Part shown: positions 25,501-33,551 of the stretch, piece after piece
Numbering within the stretch: the first letter of the stretch is position 1
Layout: each line of letters opens with the position of its first letter
From: Fibrobacteria bacterium
GTDB lineage: Bacteria > Fibrobacterota > Fibrobacteria > UBA11236
Direction of reading: 5' to 3'
Length of the DNA stretch: 64,000 nt
NCBI GenBank assembly: GCA_043745805.1
Contig: JAYTSD010000028.1
Location: 32,001-96,000 of the forward strand
The notes under the pieces: generated by a model
Database searches by the model: none
Seen by the model: the letters and a program-made list of their open reading frames with translations, nothing else
What the model was told of the DNA's origin: nothing
Program-made: the position numbers and the translations under genes

Positions 25501-26657
25501 GTTCTTATTTTAATAAGGTTGCCTTTCCACAAACCTTAAAAAGAGCGAGTGCCTATTTGTTTGCCGCTTCCCGCCCCTTTAACTTCGCTCTAGATAGCAC
25601 GGCTAAGTTTCCTGACGGCAAAGTTTATACCACGGCTGCATCGTCTGCGGGTTGGAAGTTTATTGGAAACCCATTTCCTTTTCCTTTTGCGGTGAACGCG
25701 ATTCATTCCAATCAGGATCAAAACTTTGTTTTTCAAAATTTAACTTTTAAGGACACTCTGGAAACCTATCAGTGGGATACGGTTACTGTTCTGCAACCCT
25801 TTAAAGGCTATGCGGTTTATTTACAGGCTGGTGAAATGTTAAGCTTTGATCCCTTTAAATTAGGTAATAATGCCCTTGCCAAAAAAAGCAGAATGGCTAA
25901 TTTGCAAGCCGTAAACCCATGGGCCACGTTAAAGATTGGTGAGGATGTCAATGCGCTCTCAGGCATGACTTTTTTTGCTGGAAATAAATACCGCTCTATT
26001 CCGAATTTGCCTGCACTGCAACAAAAGCTTAGACTTAAAATAGGTGGCGGCGAGGGCTATTTATACAAAGCCGTGACACTGTCGGATAAAGCCATGTCGC
26101 TGTCAAAAAAAGCCATGACGGTCATGGAAATAAATGAAAGCTTGAATATTTTTAGCGATAAAACAAAATCGGCTTTATTGAAATTCACTTCGGAGGCGGA
26201 TAAGGATTTAGAGACTTTTGCATTATGGAACAAAAATTCTGGGGAAACTATTCAGGCTAATCATGAGGTAACTTTGCAGTTAATAGCAGGAAATAATGCT
26301 TATCAATTTATTGCAGGCGATTCTGATTTTGTAAAGCAAACTTTAAGTGCTTTGCAGGCAAATATTAAAGACCTGCAATTAACTTTGCAAAATTATCCGA
26401 ATCCATTTAATGCGCAAACTCAAATCAACTTTACTTTACCGGCGGGTTTAGGGCATTATGAAAAATTAGCTTTGGAAATAATTAATTTGCAAGGTATTCG
26501 CATTTGGAATAAGTCCCTAAATGATTTTACCTTGGGTTCACATTTTATTGCGATCGAGCCTTTACATTGGGCGCCCGGAGTTTATGTGGCAAAATTAAGA
26601 GTGCAAACCGACAAAAAAACTTTTACCATTAAACGGAAGATGATGAGGGTACCTTGA
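22527..26657 (+). CDS. Large secreted protein with an N-terminal beta-helix-like region and a C-terminal T9SS/Por-type sorting (FlgD-Ig-like) domain
   Basis: Signal peptide, WQIIGFPF and GWKFIGNPFPFP motifs, C-terminal LQNYPNPFNAQTQINFTL..IINLQG..APGVYVAKL. Confidence 0.75.
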   Translation: MMNLKSNYLPLVILLTLLYGIGISGQVYTIDNTHTLSSVATTIASLAPTDTSTQQIRFKEYSNVSQSSFKLISAFQGNIVFERESESDSLITIPQDSILFEFKRIKGTVTLRGLAFKLNGDNSVLIAGSETGKENAKLILDSCIIMGDDIKSTFISWLGKVDSRIEIRRSYFVAKNGTSLINLNAGTIVLENNAINFSGRIISSANELLHVEYNTVIRTQLDCRDGNNAVATFLNNWFPLRGRDYSKPPNTVGYFPIYFAGFFSVNDTIKNNLISNGEWKGFDFPDGTSKFSDISNKHNARPSSRDTTELWNWYFLDSTNVGFGAGPHRKKTAYNVFPDSNEFSTSFDNRFLRLSFMSSAIPRTLVPEYSSVLLSDTSLYNDLRLVWPQKGGLHFGAFKIFSIILDTVTNFGTPILLANQGATGLYKRQSSGSANENDKVILFSNEWLSAKYFHPAFSANTSKGINITPDSQNLGVGDSILFTQVTLPGRTIFVGSSAPPMPSNYRDLNVSVGYSTNAVLNGNIDFGTNVKTQIPYEANKVYWWIPSGDTLLSTTSKNGRFMSKYKAVNALQAYLVEVVNTPKGKSSLSSSTWGQIQFQSENGFQFYLDSTSFTADSNKYGSSSKPLKFDWAGRGINDSVIWSGNFKTPDHELWKNVNGVYSPVLVKADSSHFEFALSAGDSNAYFFQAIPFNVFKNQLFTATLGDVSVANLLSSNSGKISFANADPDPLDPLFLNTKWLGGKSIKTLRINLTQAYQIILDQVKAHAPSDKVKLLGYDGSNWMAMDSGNFVLGSPSKYQFNLPLLPSLPLSGISKFAILEVLPPAENIVTFTEPVVKGETAVTFLAVTKPGFDSSVIKKYGVQMFSLNAQGQFVAESPPDSLSAKPIGTALTKTLSPGKIYWYQLQYLEKDYQVYGNQLVNNLEGPKIKYGDLPLISPTAKNHWQIIGFPFDGLGKHFIKNSNLELDVLKFKDVSEFYDGIAKVTNNGAKDSSYFNKVAFPQTLKRASAYLFAASRPFNFALDSTAKFPDGKVYTTAASSAGWKFIGNPFPFPFAVNAIHSNQDQNFVFQNLTFKDTLETYQWDTVTVLQPFKGYAVYLQAGEMLSFDPFKLGNNALAKKSRMANLQAVNPWATLKIGEDVNALSGMTFFAGNKYRSIPNLPALQQKLRLKIGGGEGYLYKAVTLSDKAMSLSKKAMTVMEINESLNIFSDKTKSALLKFTSEADKDLETFALWNKNSGETIQANHEVTLQLIAGNNAYQFIAGDSDFVKQTLSALQANIKDLQLTLQNYPNPFNAQTQINFTLPAGLGHYEKLALEIINLQGIRIWNKSLNDFTLGSHFIAIEPLHWAPGVYVAKLRVQTDKKTFTIKRKMMRVP

Positions 26658-27499
26658 AGTTATATCTTAACGGAATCTTCCTAATTTTGTTTTTCGCCTG
26701 TAAATTAACTTTGGCTTTTCATTGTGATGACTCTCGTGGAGCCAGCCAAAATTTGCCTTTAGATATAGGTCCAAGCGATACTTTGGCGAAGCTTCCATAT
26801 ACTATGCATTGTGACACAATGTGGGTTCCTAAGGGCCAAATTACCCGTATTCATGCGGGTAGCCATTTATTTTTTGCGAAAAGTATTGCCGACGGCTGGA
26901 TAAAAGTTGAGGGTGTTTTAAAAATTGAAGGCAGTAAAGATAATTATGTATTCATTTCCGGGGCGGTAGAAAATATAAAGGGAAATTTACAACCCACAGC
27001 AAAAAAATGGAATGGAATAGAAGTTACCCCTAATGGTGAATTGGAAATGAAATTCGTTGGGGTGACTAATGCACCCAATGCGATTACCGCTTTTTCAAAC
27101 AAAGTAAAAATCACTAATTCTTGGTTTAAAGGATCTTCGGGATTGTATTTCCCTGATGGAAGCTTGTATAAAATGGAACCTAAATGGGAAGCTATTAATG
27201 CCATTGATTTTGCACAAGGTAACACCAATGTTTTACCTATTGCGACAACACCCAAGGCTGCAAACTCAGCACCCAAAGAAGATAAACTTTCTGCTAATGA
27301 AAAATCGTCCTTATTTAAAAACCCAAACCCATGGAGTATGGGAAAAAAAATAGGGGCGGCTTCTGCATTAGGTGTGGTAGGGATTGTAGGCGGTTACTGG
27401 ATTTTTCATGGGAAGAGTTCAGGATCGGGAAATACCGATCCTGACAATGCTAAACTCTCGCCTTTGGATCCACTGGGTGATATCCCTTTTCCGAAGTAA
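26654..27499 (+). CDS. Hypothetical exported protein with a beta-helix-like segment and a C-terminal TM anchor
   Basis: Signal peptide, IKVEGVLKIEGSKDNYVFIS..WNGI pattern, C-terminal hydrophobic helix, overlaps the upstream stop. Confidence 0.6.
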   Translation: MKLYLNGIFLILFFACKLTLAFHCDDSRGASQNLPLDIGPSDTLAKLPYTMHCDTMWVPKGQITRIHAGSHLFFAKSIADGWIKVEGVLKIEGSKDNYVFISGAVENIKGNLQPTAKKWNGIEVTPNGELEMKFVGVTNAPNAITAFSNKVKITNSWFKGSSGLYFPDGSLYKMEPKWEAINAIDFAQGNTNVLPIATTPKAANSAPKEDKLSANEKSSLFKNPNPWSMGKKIGAASALGVVGIVGGYWIFHGKSSGSGNTDPDNAKLSPLDPLGDIPFPK

Positions 27500-27572
27500 T
27501 TGTTTTTCCACAAACCAAAAACAAACGCATTTTATTTTAAAAATGAATAAATGAGCATTTAAACCACAATTT

Positions 27573-27740
27573 GTACCTAACTTATTTATAATATAAAGTA
27601 AAATATTAGGTACTTTTATATAGTGTCCGCAAAATTTTGAGTTCAAATAGCTTTAATTATCTAAAAAACCTTAAAAAATGATTAAAAAAATGATTTTATA
27701 CCTAATAAAATTGTATTAAACTTAATAAGTTAGGTATAAA
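27573..27740. promoter_or_regulatory. Twin inverted-repeat operators upstream of the small protein/NTase pair
   Basis: GTACCTAA-N25-TTAGGTAC (27573-27613) and TTTATACCTAA-N24-TTAGGTATAAA (27695-27740). The two sites are inverted copies of each other. Confidence 0.65.
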
Positions 27741-27742
27741 TT

Positions 27743-28063
27743 ATGAGTATTATCTTTGGCATTTTAAAAGAAGAAAACGAGCGACTTAAAGAAGCTATGA
27801 AGCTTTATGCAGAACGTGTGGAAAAATTACCGCGCGGAACTCCATGGGTAAAAAAACGTGGCGAGCGAAAATATGCTTACCTGGCTTATCACGAAGAAGG
27901 AACGGTGCATTTTGATTATGTAGCGCCCATACCTTCGATTAAATATGATACCATGTTGCAAATGGTGAAGGAGCGTAACCTATTAGTTACTAGTCTAAAG
28001 AACATGCGCAAGGATTTAATGATAATCGAAAGGACATTGCGCAATGTCAGTCGAGCGAAGTGA
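27743..28063 (+). CDS. Small basic protein, putative antitoxin/DNA-binding partner
   Basis: LPRGTPWVKKRGERKYAYLAY..FDYV beta-hairpin between coiled coils; overlaps the downstream NTase-fold gene. Confidence 0.65.
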   Translation: MSIIFGILKEENERLKEAMKLYAERVEKLPRGTPWVKKRGERKYAYLAYHEEGTVHFDYVAPIPSIKYDTMLQMVKERNLLVTSLKNMRKDLMIIERTLRNVSRAK

Positions 28064-28742
28064 ACCTCATAATGATATATTTCTCTTAGTTCTCAAAGCT
28101 TTGAATGAAGCGGGGGCCTTAAACGAACTTGTGCTTATAGGGAGTTGGTGTCTCTTGCTTTATCGGCAGCATTTTAACAATAACGATCTTATACCAGCGG
28201 TACGCACAACCGATATCGATCTTTTGGTACCTCGACCAAGCAAACCTATGCGGGAAGTGGATATACCGAAAGTCTTAGCGAGCGTGGGATTTTTGGAACA
28301 AGTTGCTTGGATAACAGGCTACTGTAAGTTTAATCGCGAAGGTTTTGTAGTAGAATTTCTAACTCCATTGCGGGGAAGCGTAGAAGAGCAGGTAACATTG
28401 GTGAAACCTCTTAAGATAACTGCACAAGGTTTACGACACTTGAATTATCAAGAAGATGAGCTTATGACTTTATATTATCATGGTTTTGCGGTGCGAGTAC
28501 CACGCCCGGAACTTTATACTCTGTTTAAGTTCATTGTGCATGAAGAACGAAAAAATCCTGCGAAGAAAGAAAAAGATTTGGATACAGCACAACAGTTGGC
28601 GCGTTTCTTGATGGAGAGTGAAAGTGGACGTGCGGGCCTACTGTGGGCTTTTTCACGTTTGACTAAAAAAGAGCGACAAGCGGTTTTGCGAATAGTAATA
28701 GACAAGGCCCCTTTACTGGGGGCTTTGTTCCAAAGTGTATAG
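28044..28742 (+). CDS. Nucleotidyltransferase-fold protein (GSU2403/AbiEii-like), putative toxin
   Basis: LVLIGSWC..YR..RTTDIDLLV, VEFLTP, VRVPRPE..K..KKEKDL pattern of Pol-beta superfamily AbiEii-like NTases. Confidence 0.75.
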   Translation: MSVERSEPHNDIFLLVLKALNEAGALNELVLIGSWCLLLYRQHFNNNDLIPAVRTTDIDLLVPRPSKPMREVDIPKVLASVGFLEQVAWITGYCKFNREGFVVEFLTPLRGSVEEQVTLVKPLKITAQGLRHLNYQEDELMTLYYHGFAVRVPRPELYTLFKFIVHEERKNPAKKEKDLDTAQQLARFLMESESGRAGLLWAFSRLTKKERQAVLRIVIDKAPLLGALFQSV

Positions 28743-28804
28743 AGATAGGTATCACCTGAGTTATATGAGTATTTGACAATACCCATCATTACACAATAAG
28801 TTTC

Positions 28805-29917
28805 TCACACATTCGACAAGAAATGCACGATGTCGCCATCTTGCATGACATATTCTTTCCCTTCAGTACGTACTACACCCTTTTCTTTAGCGGCTGGCCA
28901 ATTGCCAAACTTTATAAAATCAACAAAGCCAAGTACTTCGGCGCGAATAAATCCCCGTTCCAAATCGCTATGAATAACCCCTGCAGCGGCGGGAGCTTTC
29001 CAACCTTTATGAATAGTCCAAGCGCGGGTTTCTTGTGGACCGGCAGTTAAATAAGTTTGTAGGCCTAGCATATCAAAGCCTTTGCGAATCACTTGATCTA
29101 AGCCACTTTCTTTTAAACCCATTTCATGCAGAAAAGTTTCTTTTTCATCTTCACTTAATTCTGCAATTTCACTTTCAATTTTTCCACTTATAGAAAGGAC
29201 GTCACAATTTTGGTCTTTGGCATAAGTTTGAAGAGCAGTTAAATGCGCATTGCCCGTTTGAATTTCGTCTTCACGCATATTGGCGCAATAGAACATGGGT
29301 TTGGTGGTTAATAAACCTAAATCTTTAATGCTAAAGGATTCTTCTTCGGTTAAATCCGCGTTCCGACCGGGTTTAGTATTGTTGAATACTTCCATTAACT
29401 TTTCCATAGCCGAAACACGAAGTTTAACCTCTTTGGCTTCCTTTGGATCGCTGATGGCTGTGGGTGATAGCTTTTTATCACGACCTAGTTTTTTACTCAC
29501 GGTGTCCATATCGCGCAGGATTAATTCCATGTTTACAATATCCGCATCAAAAACAGGATCTATCTTGCCTACTACATGGGTAACATCAATGTCTTCAAAA
29601 CAACGAACCACATGCATAATGGCATCGGTTTCTCGAATATGCGAAAGAAATTGATTGCCTAAGCCTTCCCCTTGCGAGGCGCCCTTAACTAATCCTGCGA
29701 TGTCAACGAATTGCATTATCGCGGGAATTTCCTTCTTGGATTTGTAAACCGTGGATAATTGGCGAATCCGTTTATCAGGAATATTAACCATACCCACATT
29801 GGGTTCTTTAGTGCAGAAAGGAAAATTGGCAGCTTCTGCTCCTGCGCTTGTTAAAGCATTGAAAATTGTGGATTTTCCAACATTAGGTAAACCGACTATT
29901 CCACATTTAAATCCCAT
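28805..29917 (-). CDS. ychF: Redox-regulated ATPase YchF
   Basis: GIVGLPNVGKST, ANFPFCT, FVDIAGLVKGASQGEGLGNQFL, TGS tail EGKEYVMQDGD. Start at MGFKCG (29917). Confidence 0.96.
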   Translation of the reverse strand: MGFKCGIVGLPNVGKSTIFNALTSAGAEAANFPFCTKEPNVGMVNIPDKRIRQLSTVYKSKKEIPAIMQFVDIAGLVKGASQGEGLGNQFLSHIRETDAIMHVVRCFEDIDVTHVVGKIDPVFDADIVNMELILRDMDTVSKKLGRDKKLSPTAISDPKEAKEVKLRVSAMEKLMEVFNNTKPGRNADLTEEESFSIKDLGLLTTKPMFYCANMREDEIQTGNAHLTALQTYAKDQNCDVLSISGKIESEIAELSEDEKETFLHEMGLKESGLDQVIRKGFDMLGLQTYLTAGPQETRAWTIHKGWKAPAAAGVIHSDLERGFIRAEVLGFVDFIKFGNWPAAKEKGVVRTEGKEYVMQDGDIVHFLSNV

Positions 29918-30064
29918 TAAAAAGCTCCTGAAACAATTTTTGAACAGGGGAAAGTTAATCTGGCAGGGCAGAGGTTGCAATAAAAAGCCGAAAAATGCTT
30001 AAAAAAGCTAAATCTGGATAAATTTGCCAGATTTGCGAGATGCCTTTTTTATGAGATAATAAAA

Positions 30065-31828
30065 ATGCATGTTTCATTTTGGGTTTTAGAGAGACAAAGG
30101 GTTATGGCCAAAGCCGCAAACCGGAGTAATTTACGAAAGCAATTGCTGCGCATTCAGCGTGAGCATTATGAACGCAATGCCCGTTTGGTGAAACAAAGTT
30201 TAACACCTAATAAAGCCGTTTCAAAATATGGTCGAGAATATGCGCGTTACCTAAAAAATTACGAAGCGATAGCCTCTAAAGCGGAATTAATAAAAAATGT
30301 TTTAGCGAGCGATATAGTGTATCACGGCGATTATCATCCATTGCGACATTCGCAAAGAGCTATTCTGGCTGTGCTCGAACAAATTGCCGATAAGCGAAAA
30401 ATAATTTTGTGTTTAGAAATGTTTCATGCGACGGATCAAAATCGTTTGGATCAATATTTACGCGGTGAATTAGATGAAAAAACTTTTTTACAAAAAATCG
30501 ATTATGCGGGTAAATGGGCTTATAATTTTAATCCTTGGCGGCACATTTTAAATTTTTGTCGCGCTAATAATATTGCGGTATTGGGAATTAATCGGGCAGT
30601 GGAGAATGGAGAAGATTCTTTATTGCAACGCGATATTTTTTCCGCACAAATCATCGGTAAAGCTTGTATCGCGAATCCAGAGGCTTTAGTTTATGTGATA
30701 GATGGCGATTATCATATTTCCCCTAATCATTTGCCCTTACAAGTGGAGTCGCGTGTAGCGCCCTTAGGAGTCACTTTAAAGCGCACTATCATTTATCAAA
30801 ATGCCGAAAATCTTTTTTGGAAATTGGCGGAAGAAGGATTAGAAGAAGCTGATGTTTTGCAAATTCGCGCCGATGCTTTTTGTTTAATGAATACTATGCC
30901 GGCAAATAAATCCCAATCGTATTTGCATTGGTTAGAATATGCCGAAGAAGGTTATTATCCTGTTAAGGGGCATTGGGCAGAACTTTCCGGAGAAAATTAT
31001 TTTTTAGTTTTGCAAAGTTTAATTCAAGATTTGGATAGTATTTTTACTTTGAATTTTCCCATGTCCGCTTTGGATCGTCTAACGGTTTATTCCTCACGCA
31101 ACCTAGACTTTATGGAAATTATTCAGGACACTCCTGAGTTACGTAAAAGTTTGCGTCAGGTAAAGTCAAAAATAAAATTAGACGAAGGTTTTTTACTGGA
31201 TTATTTACGCGGCAAATCCCATTCCTATATTATTTATTTGCCTAATTCGAGTATTAATATGGCCGCCGAAGAAGCGACGCATTTTATCCATGCTGTATTG
31301 CGTGGACCCAATAAAACCGTATCGGGCTTTGATTATTTTTATCGCAATCTTTTAACGGAAGCTCTGGGATTTTTCGGTTCCAAGCTTATTAATGAAAAGC
31401 GCAAAGCGCCTTCGGAAACGGCTTTGAAAGTGTGGTTGGGTCGTTTACGTAAAGGCGTAGATTTTATTTCCAAAAAAGAAGCGACGCGTTTTGAAAATAC
31501 AGCTCGTTTGATGTTGCAACATTTTCATTTGGAGCGTCGCCAAGCAACGGAAATAGATTTCCGCAAAAAATTTATGGAAATCTATTCCGAAAAAAATCCG
31601 CAAGCACAAATTTTAAGTACGCAAATGGGTTATGCTTTAGGTAATAAACTTTATGAAGCGGTTAAAAAAGGACTCATTCCACTTAAAGAAATACGCCAAT
31701 TATTTTTTGAGAAAATGGATGTTTCAGGACATGCATTTACACGTTACCTAGAGTTTAATGAAAAATTGAAGCCTAAACGCTCATCCTCTAAAGAAAACTT
31801 GCCCAGCTTACCCAAAAAAGCCGCTTAA
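30065..31828 (+). CDS. ChaN/EreA-like fold protein with a long C-terminal extension
   Basis: IVYHGDYH..LCLEMF..DQNRLDQYLRGELDE..F motifs of the ChaN family; C-terminal AEEATHFIH..EALGFFGSK. Alternative start at 30104. Confidence 0.65.
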   Translation: MHVSFWVLERQRVMAKAANRSNLRKQLLRIQREHYERNARLVKQSLTPNKAVSKYGREYARYLKNYEAIASKAELIKNVLASDIVYHGDYHPLRHSQRAILAVLEQIADKRKIILCLEMFHATDQNRLDQYLRGELDEKTFLQKIDYAGKWAYNFNPWRHILNFCRANNIAVLGINRAVENGEDSLLQRDIFSAQIIGKACIANPEALVYVIDGDYHISPNHLPLQVESRVAPLGVTLKRTIIYQNAENLFWKLAEEGLEEADVLQIRADAFCLMNTMPANKSQSYLHWLEYAEEGYYPVKGHWAELSGENYFLVLQSLIQDLDSIFTLNFPMSALDRLTVYSSRNLDFMEIIQDTPELRKSLRQVKSKIKLDEGFLLDYLRGKSHSYIIYLPNSSINMAAEEATHFIHAVLRGPNKTVSGFDYFYRNLLTEALGFFGSKLINEKRKAPSETALKVWLGRLRKGVDFISKKEATRFENTARLMLQHFHLERRQATEIDFRKKFMEIYSEKNPQAQILSTQMGYALGNKLYEAVKKGLIPLKEIRQLFFEKMDVSGHAFTRYLEFNEKLKPKRSSSKENLPSLPKKAA

Positions 31829-31888
31829 ACTCGATTAATTCATAAGCCACGGGGACAAATTAATGAGTTCCCTTTTTACCTTTACAAT

Positions 31889-32650
31889 ATGTTGAAAATT
31901 ATGAGTTTCCTATTTTTGGTGATGACATTTTCCCTTTTTGCGGAAACAAAAAATTATATAGCGGTTTTTTCCGAACAACAAACTCTTTGGCCTGCATTGA
32001 CCCATAAAAAAAATGCGTTGATGGAAGACTCTTTACAAATAGGAATAATGCCGCTACAAATTAAAGATTATCAAGAGAGTAAACCTTGCGATTCTTGCCA
32101 TCGACTTTCTGCCAATGGATTAGAATTTTTTTTAGAAAATTATTGGTTAAACAAAATGCAAAGCTTATTGCCTAAATCACAAGTTCAGCTTATTGCCCCA
32201 CAGAATTATTTATTACAAAGTAAGGCCGGATTTTCTCTCGATACATTATTAGACAGTTTAAATTTCCCAGTAGAAAAATGGTTTTATGGGTTTCAAGAAG
32301 ATTTTATTTATCGCTCACATGATGCCATAACACCCATGCTATTGAAAGAAAAACTAAATCGCATAGGTGGTGCTTTAGGGTTAACGCATTTGTTACTCCC
32401 TTTTAAAGCGTGGGTACGAGTATATCCTTTGATTTCGGATGGCCATACCGGTGGATTGTCTTATGCCTATTTTGTTTTATTGTGGAATGTGCGCGAAGGA
32501 CATTTGGAATGGGTATTTAAGGTTAATGAAAATATCTCTTTAATGGATTTGGATACGGATCTAACGAATCGAATGGATCAAAACGTTTTACCTTATTTTA
32601 AAAGTATTCCTAAAAAACTGGTGGATTTATGGTCACAAGAAGCGCATTAA
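31889..32650 (+). CDS. Exported hypothetical protein with a single CxxCH motif
   Basis: Signal peptide; PCDSCHR. Confidence 0.6.
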   Translation: MLKIMSFLFLVMTFSLFAETKNYIAVFSEQQTLWPALTHKKNALMEDSLQIGIMPLQIKDYQESKPCDSCHRLSANGLEFFLENYWLNKMQSLLPKSQVQLIAPQNYLLQSKAGFSLDTLLDSLNFPVEKWFYGFQEDFIYRSHDAITPMLLKEKLNRIGGALGLTHLLLPFKAWVRVYPLISDGHTGGLSYAYFVLLWNVREGHLEWVFKVNENISLMDLDTDLTNRMDQNVLPYFKSIPKKLVDLWSQEAH

Positions 32651-33543
32651 TATTATTCCTAAGCTCCTGTTTATTTTGGAATTGCAGCAAAAAAAACGAT
32701 GAGACGAATTTATCAAATATCGATTCCTTGCAACCTGTTTTAGCCATCACTTCTGCTAATACCTATAGAGAATGGCCTTTACAGGACACCGCTAATCATT
32801 TTCTATGGAAAAATATTTCCATAGAATCCGGCAAAAGTTTGCCAGCGACTTGGAATGCCTCATTTGATTCCATCCAAGGTATTTTCTTTGCAAAGGAGGA
32901 TTCCATGGGTTTTGGAAATGTGCTACAAATCGCCGAGCATAAAGGATTGCCATTAATAAGTTTATTATATGAAGGCCATAGTCCAAGTTTAAAAAGTGTT
33001 ATACAAAATGATTACAAATTGGCCGGACAAATGGCAGCGGAATATTTAAGTAAGCATTTACCTAGTGAAGGTAAAATTGCGATTCTAAGGCATTCCCCCC
33101 ATGATTTGCAAGCGGGTGAATCGGAAAAAGGGTTTTGGGAAGCAGGGCAAAAAATAATTTCGCATTTAGAAATTCTTCCTGAACTCATTTATGCGGGTGA
33201 TTCCGTAAATACCGCCTTTCATGCTGCGGAGAATTTGTTTTTGCGTAACCCCGATGTTTCGGTAATTTTTAGCTCAACGGCAATAGGAACACAAGGTTTA
33301 TTAAAAGCCTTGCATGATATTGATAAAGCTGGAAAAGTTTTGGTGCTCAGTGTGGAAGGAAATGCTGCGGTGTATGAAGCTGTAAATGCCGGCGAAGTAC
33401 ACGGTTTATGGGAAGCGGATTATGCAATGCTGATTACTAAAGGACAGCAAGCTTTAAGTAATACCTTATTTGGTAATACTCCACCCAGAACTATTATGAT
33501 TCCCATGAAATTTATGGAATCACAAGTAAAAGCTGGAAATTAA
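32629..33543 (+). CDS. Periplasmic sugar-binding-like lipoprotein (RbsB/Peripla_BP_4 fold)
   Basis: Lipoprotein-type signal, DYKLAGQMAAEYL..GKIAIL..NPDVSVIF..KAGKVLV pattern. Confidence 0.7.
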   Translation: MVTRSALILFLSSCLFWNCSKKNDETNLSNIDSLQPVLAITSANTYREWPLQDTANHFLWKNISIESGKSLPATWNASFDSIQGIFFAKEDSMGFGNVLQIAEHKGLPLISLLYEGHSPSLKSVIQNDYKLAGQMAAEYLSKHLPSEGKIAILRHSPHDLQAGESEKGFWEAGQKIISHLEILPELIYAGDSVNTAFHAAENLFLRNPDVSVIFSSTAIGTQGLLKALHDIDKAGKVLVLSVEGNAAVYEAVNAGEVHGLWEADYAMLITKGQQALSNTLFGNTPPRTIMIPMKFMESQVKAGN

Positions 33544-33551
33544 TGAAGCTT

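Noticed and set aside
29918-29980. N-terminal extension of ychF in the ORF track
   Set aside because: The conserved YchF start MGFKCGIVG begins at 29917.
30010-30034. AAATCTGG-N9-CCAGATTT inverted repeat between ychF and the ChaN-like gene
   Set aside because: Single 8-bp IR with no second copy or assignable regulator; insufficient support.
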